A stretch of DNA of 63,780 nt, filler included, from Octopus bimaculoides (Eukaryota), in the NCBI RefSeq assembly GCF_001194135.2. It is 9 parts of 7 records of this genome, joined end to end, with 100 filler letters (N's around TTAATTAATTAA, not from the genome) between each part and the next. Parts side by side here need not be neighbours in the genome. Positions count along the whole stretch, not along the records: positions 21,121 to 41,441 come from NC_068995.1; positions 41,542 to 50,790 come from NC_068994.1; positions 50,891 to 53,632 come from NC_068987.1; 6 more parts are not named here. One strand, written 5' to 3'. Positions 40,501 to 52,936 of this stretch are shown here, in pieces (positions within the stretch are counted from its first letter, which is position 1; every line of letters starts with the position of its first letter). The translations under genes and the position numbers were made by a program. The notes under the pieces were generated by a model that saw only the letters and a program-made list of their open reading frames with translations, ran no database searches and was not told the origin of the DNA.

Positions 40501-40622
40501 AAACTACAATATGATTATATTTTAAACTTTCTGATCTTATTTTGCGATTGAATGGTTTGTATATTTATATTAGTTCTCAAATATGTATGAGTGTATGCGT
40601 AAAACTATCTCTCCTCCTCTCA

Positions 40623-40699
<77 letters not shown>

Positions 40700-40746
40700 G
40701 GTGTATATTTATATATATATATATATATATATTATTTTTTAAATGT

Positions 40747-41285
40747 CTAAATGAGAACCGAGTAGTAACGATACTGTATAGCAAAGTTTATTTCCCAACG
40801 TAACGTGACCGTCCAACGTAGTACAATGTTACCATCTTTTAACCACAGGAAAATATCTTTTCCAGCTGGTTGTCGACACACGATCTGTATCTGAAATATA
40901 CTGTGAGCAAGGAATCGTACTACACCCCTCTTGCTTTTAAGAGTACCAGCAGACCAATGGTTTCTGGGTTATTTCCCGTCCTCGGTACTGGATAACTGCC
41001 GGTTGGAGATGGCAGTCGTTCGACCTTATTCACAATATATAAACAGAGAAGTGACAGACAGTCGCTGATCTCGAAGGAGCAAAACAGCTAGTTGTAACAT
41101 CTCTAAATGAGATTTAAGTAGTACCGATACTGTATAGTAAACTTCATTTGCCGACTTAAGGTGGCCGTCCTACGTAGGACTATGTTAGTACCTTTTAACC
41201 CCAGAAAACATCTTTCCCAGCTGATTATTGACACACGATCCGTGTCTGAAATATATTCTGCGCAAGGGAGCGTACTACTCCCCTA
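40747..41285. repeat. Diverged ~185-bp direct repeat, period 356 bp
   Basis: 40747-40930 aligns with 41103-41285 (CTAAATGAGA..GATACTGTATAG..GACACACGATC..TCTGAAATATA..CGTACTAC). Confidence 0.8.
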
Positions 41286-42464
41286 TCCTCTTTCCTCGGG
41301 TTAACATGTAGTAACGTAGTTCTACGTAGAACGGCGAACTTTGACAAACTTCACTGTATATGCGTGTGTGTGTGCGCGTGCGTAAGTGCGTGTGTATGTG
41401 TATATATTTACATATATTTATGTATATATATATATATATATNNNNNNNNNNNNNNNNNNNNNNNNNNNNNNNNNNNNNNNNNNNNTTAATTAATTAANNN
41501 NNNNNNNNNNNNNNNNNNNNNNNNNNNNNNNNNNNNNNNNNTCCTATTCTAAAGGTCAAGTACTGAAAATCAGTTGTATCGACTATATTCCAACCTCTCG
41601 AAAAATTGACTGTTTCAGACTCTCTCATCTACAACAACAACTATGCTAATCAATTTTTAATCCCAATGATGCAACAACACAAAATGATGATGTAATATTT
41701 CCAATGTAATGATTTCAAACGGATAAAGAGAAAACAACAATAAAAAAAAAATCAGAAATTAATCATTTTGCCCCTCCCCTACCTAACTTATGATTAAATA
41801 CAGTCCAACCGTAACCACCCTGGGTTTTTTTTTTTTTTGCATATCTAGAACTACATTGTCCAATGAGTCCATTCTATTTTTTCTTAGGCATTAAAATGTG
41901 GTTTGGTGGGGATTCGGCTGCTATTTCTCACGCCGTGTGACTATGTAGATACTCTTTCGTTGACTCAGTGATATTGAGTTATAGAAAAAATAAAAAAACG
42001 ACGATAACATTAAATATATAACAACCTCGTTAACAAAATAAATTCTAAACGAAATCATTTACATGCAAAAAACGTTGAAGAACGCGTTGGTAATGTTTAA
42101 CTGTTTTACTTCAACGAACTAGTTATCAAGTCTTACTTACAAACGAACTGATTAATAAGTTGAACAATTAACCTAATTGCTGTTGAGTTGTTCAGTCGTT
42201 AAAGCGGGCAATAGGTTTAGCTAAGAGTTAACCAAAACTGTTACAGAAGTTGCTCTATAGTTGCTCTTAAAAGGCACATCGCTGCGCACTGCTGCGTCGC
42301 ATGGGGTCTGTAGGAGCGCCAAGGATTTTTAAAAATAGAATGAAAAGGCTTTAGATAATATATACTAATGCTTCTAGAACGCCTGGAAAAATGTGTGATT
42401 CATAATTCTTGTTAGACGCAAGTATGATTAATAAAACGAGGTAAGCATTATAGTTTGGTATATA

Positions 42465-42610
42465 TATCATATATACTCGTATATAGAAGTCGCACTCCTA
42501 ATTTAGAGTTAAATCTTACTAGATTTTTTTCCTTTCATTAGTCGCAGCGCAGTTTTATCAGTCAAAATCGACTATAAAATAGTGCGACTTATACACGAGT
42601 AAATATGGTA
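42465..42610. mobile_element. Tc1/pogo-type MITE (~145 bp)
   Basis: Left TATCATATATACTCGTATATAGAAGTCGCACT versus reverse complement of the right end TACCATATTTACTCGTGTATAAGTCGCACT; TA ends. Confidence 0.65.
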
Positions 42611-42624
42611 TAAACTTTCTAAAT

Positions 42625-43033
42625 CTTTTATCTTTTACTCGTTTCAGTCAGTCATCGGAATGCGGCCTAGCTAGGGTTTTAGTCGAGCAATTCGACCCCA
42701 TCCCCGGCATTAATTTTTTAAAGCCTGATCGTTAGTCTATCAGTTTTCTTTTGCCAAACTGTTAAGTTATAGGTATGTTAGCGAACTAACACTGGTCGGT
42801 ACAAACACAAACGCGCGCGTGCACACAAACGCACGTACGTCTACCGAATCCCCTTACAAGGTTTTTGTTGGCCCGGAGCCATAATAGAAGACACTTACCC
42901 AAGGTGCCACAAGGCTTTGATCGACCCGGAGTTAGAGTAGAAGACACTTGATCACGGTGTTATGCAGTGAGACTGAATCCGGAACAATGTGGTTGGGAAC
43001 CAAGCTTCTTACCACACAGCCACGTCTGCGCCC
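42625..43033 (-). mobile_element. SINE family B, composite (head, CA-rich spacer, tail 1), with internal duplication
   Basis: Tail TTTACTCGTTTCAGTCA..TAGTCGAGCAATTCGACCCC; head with AGAAGACACTT segment duplicated. Confidence 0.8.
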
Positions 43034-43544
43034 AAAAACGTAACCGACAAGGAAAATATTAGAACACACAGAGGAGGAGATCCCTCTGGGTTAGCAGCCC
43101 ATCGTCTTAACCACTTAGCCGCCTCGTCTTCTGTTTAATTTTGAAACATATTTCGATTTTTCAATTTTGCAAGGATTTTGGTATCTGGTGCCACATGTTG
43201 AAACCAATATCGTTATATTCAGGAACCCAAATATAACTTTATTTAAAACATATCCCCTTTTAAAGAATTTTTGATGCATTCCATTAATATTTAGTCTTTT
43301 CATGGCATTCGGCCATCAAGCTATATGTTTTGTGGATCAGTTAAAATTAGGAAAATATCAGTTGTTTTAGACGTATGGCCTAATGGTTATGATTTTGGAC
43401 TCGCAATAAGAAACGCACACATACACATACCTGATCGCTTGTGTTTTATTTATCACCTCAATTATATAATAACATATTAATTAAACTGTACTGTGTTATA
43501 GATCCATTTCAATTGATCTTACCTATCAGTTTTGCACTGAGTAT

Positions 43545-43720
43545 GAGGGCACGTGGCCTAGTGGTTAGGATATTGCTCTCGCAATCGCGAAATTGTGGGT
43601 TTGATTTTCGGAGCGGATGGTGCGTTGTGTTTTTGAGTAAAAAAAACACACACACACTTCATTTCACATTGTTCTCCGAACATTTCGACATCTGGCGTGT
43701 GGCACAACGTGCACCTGTGT
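43545..43720 (+). mobile_element. SINE family D, degenerate
   Basis: GGCCTAGTGGTTAGG..TTGTGGGTTTGATT..GCGTTGTGTTTTTGAG..ATTTCACATTG. Confidence 0.7.
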
Positions 43721-43829
43721 AAGACAATTCGGTATTCTCTGTAAATACACAAAAACCGTTTTAAGGGCTACATACTTTGTATTGTTGTTATTGGATTAGC
43801 GAAATAATTATGAGAACAGAACCAAGGGA

Positions 43830-43869
43830 TAAGCCCCGCTTTCCCGGGAATTACCGGGTACGTCAGCTA

Positions 43870-43871
<2 letters not shown>
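43830..43871 (+). mobile_element. Helitron 3' terminus
   Basis: Hairpin CCCGG-GAATTA-CCGGG (43843-43858), 8 nt, then CTAG|T (43867-43871). Confidence 0.6.
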
Positions 43872-43932
<61 letters not shown>

Positions 43933-44499
43933 TAAATAATACAAAATGGGACAAGGACGCAAAACATCCAGACAGTTAGGTGATCCACGAAAGGGACAAA
44001 ACATCCAGATGGACGATACAAAGAAAACACGGACAGGTCATTCGGAGTTTTCTCTCTTCAGTCGAGATCCAGATTATCTTTGCAATTTCGGCTGGTTATT
44101 CTCGATATTGCTCCAATCTGGCCAGCCCCAATATTCTTTTACTATTTTACTTTTTTCAGTAATGATGGTATATGTATGAGAGAGAAAGGGAGGCAAACAA
44201 AATGGAACACAGACGAAGAGGAGGAATCGGGGGACAAGAAGGCCAGCCTACCAAAAGATAAAGGAGGGAGGGCGAAGGAGAAGAGGTGGGCAATGGCTGT
44301 GCTAAGCTGGTTAAGTTTTAGAGTTACGTTCTTCTGGCCTGTGAGCGAGTTAGAACCTGCTGACCTCTTTGTCGTTTTTGCTGCAACACAGTTAACAGAT
44401 GATTTGCTGTGATAGAGTAATTGTTTCAAGAATGTGAAGTGGTATCTGTAGCTGTTGGAGTGGTTATTGTTACGAGAGAGTGCTGCTGATGATGATAGA

Positions 44500-44897
44500 G
44501 CTTGTCGTATAATGATGGTGGAGGTAATTGTGACGGTGGTGGTGGTGGTGGTCGTCGTTCTCGTGCTAGCCATTGAGTTGGTAGCCGTGGTGGTGGTGGT
44601 AGTAGTAGTAGTAGTGGTGGTGGTGGTGGTATTTGCGGTTGTAGTGTGGTGGCCATGATAATTGTTATGGTGGCNNNNNNNNNNNNNNNNNNNNNNNNNN
44701 NNNNNNNNNNNNNNNNNNNNNNNNNNNNNNNNNNNNNNNNNNNNNNNNNNNNNNNNNNNNNNNNNNNNNNNNNNNNNNNNNNNNNNNNNNNNNNNNNNNN
44801 NNNNNNNGTGGTGGTGGTGGTGTTTGTGGTTGTAGTGGTAGCCATGATAGTTGTTGCGGTGGTAGTGGTGTTTGTGGTGAGGATAATTGTTATTGCT

Positions 44898-44941
<44 letters not shown>

Positions 44942-45530
44942 TGTAGTAGTTGCTGTGGTGGTTCTGGTATTTGTGGTTGTGCAATGGTAGCCGTGATAGT
45001 TGTTGTTGCGGTGGTGGTGGTAATGGTTGTGGTATTTGCGAATGTAGTGGTAGCAATGATAGTTCTTGTTGTGGTTGTTGTAGTAGTAGTTGTTTTTGTG
45101 GTGGTGATACTGATTGTTACTGTTGTAGTAGTGGTGGTAGTGATGGCAGAAGTGGATGTTGTGGTCATGGTTGTAGCAATAGTGGTTGATGTTATGGTGA
45201 TAATTTTGCTGTTGTGGTGTTGGTAGTAGCGGCAATGACCGTGGTGGTAATGGTGGTCATGATGATGATGATGATGATGTTCGTGTGGTTGTTGGTGGTG
45301 GTGACGTGGTAGTGCTGTTGTTGTTGTTGTTTGTGGTGGTGGTGGTGGATTACAGTTATTGGGTGCAGGCTTTTGGTTGCTGTTGTTATTGTTGTTCTTT
45401 AGCCCCAGGACAGCTTTGATCCAGTTACTGGTATTGTTTTACACCATAGTAATGATAAGTGTTCTGCTATTACCAATTGTCTTTTGTTGTTGTTGTTGTT
45501 GTGGTGGTGGTGGTGGTGGTGGTGGTCGTA
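44500..45530. repeat. GGT/GTA/GTT/ATT cryptic trinucleotide block
   Basis: Direct reading. Confidence 0.9.
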
Positions 45531-45649
45531 GGAGTGTTGTTTGCTCTTGTGGCTTTGGAAATGACAGGAAGTTGCAGGAATGGTCGGTGGTCCTCAAGAG
45601 CTCTCTTATCGCCTCCACCTGTCTTCTCTTTTCCTTCTTGCTTTCTCTA

Positions 45650-46131
45650 TACATCTCTCTCTCTCTGTCTCTCTACTTCTATATTTCACTCAAGCCCTCT
45701 CACCTTTTCTCCCTACTCCTCTCTCTCTCTGACTACTGTTCATTTTCTATCTCATTCACTTTCTACCACTCTCTCTCTCTCTGATTCTCATTCACTTTCT
45801 CTCTCTTTCAGTTTCATTCACTTTCTACCACTCTCTCTGATTCTCATTCACTTNNNNNNNNNNGTTTCATTCACTTTCTACCACTCTCTCTGATTCTCAT
45901 TCACTTTCTCTCTCTCTGTTTCATTCACTTTCTACCACTCTCTCTGATTCTCATTCACTTTCTCTCTTTCTCTTCTTACCACTCTCTCTCTCTCTCTCTC
46001 TGACTTTCATTCAGTTTCTATCTTTCTCTCTCTCACTGGCTCCTTTTCACTTTCTAGCTTTCTCTCTCTCTCTCATTTCTCACCCTCCATACTCCTCTCT
46101 TTCTCTCTGACTCTCATTCATTTTTTAACTT

Positions 46132-46180
<49 letters not shown>

Positions 46181-46220
46181 TTTTTCTCTCTCTCTCTCCC
46201 TCTCTCTCTCACTCTTTCTT
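45650..46220. repeat. TC-rich higher-order repeat (~50-bp unit containing TTCATTCACTTTCTACCACTCTCTC)
   Basis: Unit recurs several times between 45740 and 46120. Confidence 0.85.
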
Positions 46221-46566
46221 TCTATCAATGTCTCTGTTGTTCACCCCTTCATTCTATTCTTTTTTACATTTTTTCTTTCTTTTTTTCAATTCTCTTAATT
46301 TTTCCCTTTTTCTTTTTTTTCTTGTTCCTACTCAAATCTTTCCCCATATTCTTTCAAGCTAATCTTTCTCTTTCCTATCTGTCTCTGTGTTCTTCTTCTC
46401 CATTTGTCTTTCAAATCCTGCTGAGGTCAGCTTTACATATTTTATCTTTCCCTGATCAATAAACTATTTACCAATCAAGCAAAACACTCGATCAATTTAA
46501 TCGACTGTATTCTTAACACCTATTTATTTGAAGAATTCTATTGTTACAATTGTTGCTGTTGTCGTT

Positions 46567-46773
46567 AAGGCGGCGAGAATCGTTAACATGCTGGGCAAAG
46601 TGCTTAGTGACATTTTTGTCCATCTTCACATTCTGAGTTCAAATTCCACCGAGGTTGACTTTGCCTTTCATCCTATCAGGGTCAATAAAATAAGTACCAG
46701 TTGAGTACTGGGGTCGATGTAATCAACTATCCCCTCCCACCAAAATTTAGGCCTTGTGCCTATAGTAGAAAGG

Positions 46774-46776
<3 letters not shown>
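46567..46776 (+). mobile_element. SINE family A, tail type 3
   Basis: AAGGCGGCGAG..GAGTTCAAATTCCACCGAGGTTGACTTTGCCTTTCATCC..GGCCTTGTGCCTATAGTAGAAAGGATT-(ATT)n. Confidence 0.9.
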
Positions 46777-46803
<27 letters not shown>

Positions 46804-46805
<2 letters not shown>

Positions 46806-47016
46806 GGCTGCAAGCTGGCAGAATCGTTAGTCCACCAGACAAAATGCTTTGCAGCATTTTGTCTGTCACTATGTTCTGAGTTCAAATTCTGCCAAGGCTG
46901 ACTTTACTTTTCATCCTTCCAGGGTCGAGAAAATAAGTACCGGTTGAACCCTGGGGTTGATTCAATTGACACCCCCATCCCCCAAAATTGCTGGCCTTGT
47001 GCCAAAACTTGAAACC
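46804..47016 (+). mobile_element. SINE family A, tail type 2
   Basis: AAGGCTGCAAGCTGGCAGAATCGTTAG..GAGTTCAAATT..AATTGCTGGCCTTGTGCCAAAACTTGAAACC-(ATT)n. Confidence 0.9.
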
Positions 47017-47401
47017 ATTATTATTATTATTATTATTATCATCATCATTATTATTACAATAAAAATTGGTGAATAAGAATAATTAATGCACCAAACAAAA
47101 TTCTATTTTTAGATTCTGAATCAACTTTAATCTTTTGTCCTTTTGAGATCCTCCCTAGATTGATAAAATGCAATACCAGTAATGTACTGGGCTGGATATA
47201 ATTGACTACAACCATATGTTGGTGAATTGGCCGGGTTATTAGAGTATTGGATATAATGCTTCATGGACCTTGTTTTAACTCTCTGTGCTCTGAGATCAAA
47301 TCCTGCCAAGGTCAGTTTTGCTTGTTGTTCCCTTAGGTTACAATATATAACTCACCAGCCAAGGGTTGGGGACTGGTTGATTTGTAAGAGGGTTTGATAA
47401 C

Positions 47402-47599
47402 CAGTGGTGTAGCTAGAGTGTGTGCTGCTTAGGGCAGTCCATGAATTTACTGCTCACCACCTCTGTCTCTTGAAGTCTATACAAGTTTATACAGCAAAGT
47501 CCAAAACACTGCCCCGTCCTGTAAAAAGGCCGCCTGGGTCTGACCCCACCTGTAAAAAGGCTGCCTGGGTCTGACCCCATCCTCCTAGTTAGGCAGCTG
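47402..47599. mobile_element. PIF/Harbinger-like MITE with internal 31-bp tandem duplication
   Basis: Termini CAGTGGTGTAGCTAG and CTAGTTAGGCAGCTG; CCTGTAAAAAGGC(C/T)GCCTGGGTCTGACCCCA twice (47518-47579). Confidence 0.5.
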
Positions 47600-48231
47600 C
47601 AGATTGTATTCTTTGTTGCAGTATCTGTTGTGGGTTCAAATTCCACCAAAGTATTTAAATAAGCATTAATTAACCTGAGGGTAATTACCCAGCCGTGGAA
47701 CCACAAGTGATTAATGAATGCTGAAAATGGATGAGAAAAGATTGCAACCACCTTCTGCTGCAGTATGCTGATGATGAGACTTCAACCCCCTCCCAATCCC
47801 TCAATGCAATCCTATGTCCCTTTGTAAAAAATAAAAACCATTTTTGTTATTATTTACATTTACGGGGCTGTTAAAAGCATGTATGACAACAAGATGGATT
47901 CAGATCTATAAACTAATGTTTCCCTCTGCCTTCATGTTTCTTTGTTGTTGTTCTTCTAACATTGGCCCTGTGCCTAGTTGCGAGGAAATACACATTGAGT
48001 TAATGATTACATGTTAATCTTCATGGCACGACAGGCGGAACAAGATCACTTGGGAAGAATCCAAGTTGGTCAGCATTGCTTTAAAGTACAGTAGTAATTA
48101 ATGTTTTTTCTTTCTTTCTTTCTTATATTTTTTTGGCAACGAAAACAAAATGTTGGGTTGAATGCATACTATATGCTGTAACAGCTTGTAGGATTTATAA
48201 TTCAAAATTCACGACACATTATTTTATTATG

Positions 48232-48835
48232 TATCATTGTTTTGTGCCTCTGGTGGCACTAATCGACTAAATATCGTTTTATTGTGACCTTGGTGGCACT
48301 AATCCACTGGAGACTATTTTGTTTTGCCTCTGGTGGCATTAATCCACTGACCACTATTTTGATGTGCCTCCAGTGATACTAACCAAATTGGAGACCATTT
48401 TATTGTGCCTCTGACTGCACTAATTCACTAAATACCATTTTGTTGTACCTCCAGTGGTAGTAACCCTTTAGAGACCATTTTATTGTGCCTCTAGTGACAT
48501 TATTCTACCAGACCCCATGTTGTTGTTCCTCTGATGGAACTAATCAACTACACACCATGTTATTGTGCCTCTGGTGGCACAAATCCACTAAGCACCATTT
48601 TGTTGTTTGTCTGGTGGCAATAATCTACTAGAGGCCATGTTGTTGTGCCTCTAGCAGCACTAATTCACTAAACAGCATTTTATTGTGTCTCTGGTGGCAC
48701 TAGTCCTCTGAACAACATTTTATTATGCCTCTAGTGACACAAATCCTCTAAACACCATATTATTGTGCCTCTGGTAGAACCAATCCACGAGACGCAATTT
48801 TGTTGTATCTAGGTTGACACTAATCCACTTAAAAA
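48232..48835. repeat. 40-bp minisatellite, ~15 diverged copies
   Basis: Approximate consensus CCATTTTATTGTGCCTCTGGTGGCACTAATCCACTAGAGA in strict tandem. Confidence 0.9.
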
Positions 48836-49707
48836 CCTCTTTGCTATGGCTCAACCCATCTGTAGTTGTCAGGGAGTGTTAGTTGTGAAGCATGTCCATA
48901 ACCTTTTGACAAGACATTAGGAAGGTTGTGGATATACTTCTTGAGAAGCCAGAGTTGATTGAAATTTTCTTTGGTAGACACCAAAATACAGTAATAGTAG
49001 CAGCAGTAGCAGCAATTCTATGTATGAATCATGTTTCTCTTTCTCATTCACATTTTAAACATCAGGAATATATATGTGTGTGTGTGTGGGCATATGTGTA
49101 TGTATATATGTATGTATTTTCACAGATTTTAGCTATCAGAAAATTGAAAAGCGGGGAGCTTTTTCACTTGAATTATATGAAAATCCACAAATATCCATAG
49201 AATATTTACAATGGAAAATATGAAAGAAAGGAGTTAGCAAATCATTTTAATACTTCATTTACAATTGTTTCATCATTATTCCATATAATCAATCTTGCAT
49301 TATTCTGTAACCATTTCAGCAACTATTAATTAATTTTCATGTGTTATGTAGGATTTAATTTATAAGACATGTTGAACATGATTCCTCAGAATTTCATAAG
49401 AAAAATGTTGATTGACTCTGAAATCTCGTATATAAATACACACCAAGTTGGGTGTGTCCACATTAACACATTTATGTAATATAAACAAATGAATGCAAAG
49501 AACATTGGATTAAGGAGGTTCATTATATTATGAGGAGATAATTATCTGTCCTGCTAGTTGACAATTTTGCCCGCTGCTATTACAGGATATCCAAGTGTGC
49601 CTACTGCTATAATCAGATGTTAAGATGTCCTGACCCTCCTAGCAGCTTCATTCTTTTATGATTAAGTCACACTTATTGTATAGACTTCAAGTGATACATT
49701 TTTTCAG

Positions 49708-50060
49708 TGCTTTAACATCTACTTTTCCATGCTTGAATGGGTCAGATGGAATTTGTTGAGGTATATTTTTTTTCTTTGGTTGAATGTCCTTCCTGTTGCC
49801 AACTTTTACTTGTTTCCAAATAAGATATTTCCCCATAGCTGGAATATTTTCACAGAAGATGGGAAATAAAAGGGCACTGCTTGAACAATGGTGACATTTT
49901 CTTACAGTGTTCACATAATGTCAAGACAAGGAGACACCAACTCACACGAACACACACACACGCACACACACACAAAAGAGGTTTCTTTCACTTTCCATCT
50001 ACCAAAGATTTTGGTCGCAGAACCAAGTGATCAGGAAGCAAGGTCCTTAACTGCACAACC
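49708..50060 (-). mobile_element. SINE family B head with (CA)n and alternative RTE-like tail
   Basis: Truncated family B head at 49975-50060. The tail contains TTGGCAACAGGAAGGACATTCAACC on the minus strand, resembling an RTE-associated motif (GGTTGGCGACAGGAAGGGCATCC, from memory). Confidence 0.65.
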
Positions 50061-51215
50061 ATATACATATGTATATGTGTGTATGTATGTGTGCATATAG
50101 GTGTATGTATGTATATATGTGTGTGTTTTGATCAGTTTTGAGCTCTCATTTAAATCGATATATATATATATACATATGGGACCTTGAAGACTGCTAGAAA
50201 GCAGGAAAGTATACTAGTCCTTTAATATTTAATATTTCATTTATTCAATAAGACATTCAATACTACATTTCATTTTACTATATATACTATATATTCCATA
50301 TTCTATATCCTACATTAATTTTATAAGAATATAAATAAAACGTAAAAAACAGACAGAGTTGGAATTCTTTTGAATAATATATTCCTCTATACACTATCAT
50401 ACAAACCCCTGAATAAAATACCCTGAATAAAATAGATTGATAGTAACATTTGGTGCAAAATATGCACCAAATTAATAAAATTATGAAGGTTACTCTGATT
50501 ACTCTGCATAAAATATTTTATTTTTTTGTAGATTAGGTAGGCATAATTCACCCCTGCATTTCAATCTCAGTATTAAAGCTACACATAGTACTGCTGTAGT
50601 AGATGTGCTGTGTACATTCCTACAACAATGTTTTCTTTATGTGCTATAAAGGCAGAAATAAATCTACTTCCAACTCAGTTGTGTGCCTGTGTTTTGCTTA
50701 TTATTTTTTTGTGTGTTTTACTACATAGACGTCCCCAACTGCCTACTCTGAGTAATTACTGAGGGCACGTGCCTGATATATATATATATANNNNNNNNNN
50801 NNNNNNNNNNNNNNNNNNNNNNNNNNNNNNNNNNTTAATTAATTAANNNNNNNNNNNNNNNNNNNNNNNNNNNNNNNNNNNNNNNNNNNNATATATAGTA
50901 TGTGTATATATGTGTGTGTATGTGTGTGTGGGTGTGTGGGTGTTGGTGTAAATACATGATGACAAAAGTATAGACACACACCCAAACTGCATTTGTATCG
51001 TAGCTATTATTCTCACTTCCTCTCATCAATGACGTACGGTGAACACGATGCTCTATTTACCACTTCCTCTCTCTTTCTCTCACTCCCTTCTTATGCGTGA
51101 TTTTGGACTCTTCTTTCTAGTGCATTACTATAGGGTGTTTATTTGCGGTTTGAATTTCTCAATGCGCATACTTTCCTTATTCAAGCGGAATTCAGTTGAA
51201 GTGTTTCCGATGCAT

Positions 51216-51248
<33 letters not shown>

Positions 51249-51298
51249 NNNNNNNNNNNNNNNNNNNNNNNNNNNNNNNNNNNNNNNNNNNNNNNNNN

Positions 51299-51363
<65 letters not shown>

Positions 51364-52901
51364 GGTGTGTACATATCTGTGCAGATGCTTATGTGTCCAT
51401 AACTAACTAAAAGAGTAATTACTTTAGATAACCTATCCGCAGATTAATACATGGATGTATTGACCAGAGATGTATTTAAGGAAGTTCATATATATATACT
51501 GGAAAGGAAAGCCAATTTGCCGGTGTTTGATGGATTTTTCTTGTCTTCTTTATTCTCTACTTCCAACTCTCTTATCAATGAAGATTACACAATTTGTTTA
51601 TCTCCTGTTATTCCTTGCATAAATTCTTGCCTTCAAATATACACATGAAGCTATACTGTTTTTCATTATTTGTTCAAGTATTTATTCTGTTCAGAGATTC
51701 ACTTGTGATTTTATTCATTCAGCTTAAAAAGTGAGTTGGATATTCTTTCAGAAAATGAAAAGATTGCAATTATCGTATGTAAAAACTAAGGTGTTTTAAA
51801 CTAAGGTGTTTAAATATCACAAGAATATAGTAGCACTAAAGTCTTTAAATATTTCCACAGGTATGGTACAGCATATCAAAATTATACCAGAACCATACTG
51901 TAGATTTATTTTGAAACTTGAGAACTATTTTATTATTTATTTCATGAGCAACACTCATAGCATCAAGTAAACAAGACGTTGATAATTGTGTATATCACAA
52001 TGGTCTTAGTCTTTAAAGGTAATTCACTGTCAATTTTAACTACCCCATGTGGCGATTGAACAGCTTTAGTTTGAACCACTTTGACAGAAACATTCGCTAC
52101 CAATATAAGTTTACATATTTCTTGTGTAGCTTCTAGTTAATGATATTATATCGACACTTAGAAGCTTTGCAAATGTTATTATCACCGACCTGCTTCTTGT
52201 GATGAATAGCAGAGAAATATAAAATAACTAACAGACACGATTTCATCATATCTTCTTCCCATGCCTATAAGGAGCGAAATAAAAATGTATTTATTAAAAT
52301 ACATCGCAATGCGAGTGTCTGACTCAATCCTGTACAACCTTAAAAAATGAAAGTTAGCATTCTAATTACTAGGTTAGATTTAATGGAGATATGAAGACAT
52401 ATAAAACAATATATATTCGTATTGTAGAAGAATAAACATTTTGAATCTAGTGTTCTTGGTTTGATAGCAGTTATACTAGAAAGGTTCGAAAAATATGATT
52501 AGTATTTTGAAATAAAGCAGAAAAAAGTTCCCATCTGGAAACTTTATTGGAGATGGGTGAGACAGCTATCTGGTTATAAATTAAGATGCAGCAAGAATTT
52601 GTGTGTAATCTGTTCTGACATAATGTCATATTCAATGCTTCTCCAAGGTTTACGTAAATTATTATTTTCTTTCAATATTCCTGAACACGTGAATATTACA
52701 ATAAAACACATAAATGTATGCATGCACCACCATATATATATATATAAACACACACAACATACATACATATACATATATATCTATGCATACAGAGACAGAG
52801 ACAGAGAGGACCGGAGAGTTGTGTGTAAATGTACTTGCATACATACTGTGTTCCACACAAAAATATCCATGTAACATATATGTATATATATATATGTGTG
52901 T

Positions 52902-52936
<35 letters not shown>

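Noticed and set aside
44030-44070. Minus-strand CTGAAGA-GAG-AAAA-CTC-CGAAT hammerhead-like motif in a repeat-like segment
   Set aside because: GAAA box broken and helices I/III not recoverable; possibly a PLE relic but not supportable.
48021-48078. Minus-strand NADQLGFFPSDLVPPVVP*, resembling an SH3 C-terminal GxFP motif
   Set aside because: Only a 4-5 residue resemblance, a poor acceptor, and no upstream SH3 exon found.
48232-48835. CRISPR-like appearance of the 40-bp hairpin repeat
   Set aside because: No unique spacers (whole units are homologous), no cas genes, eukaryotic context.
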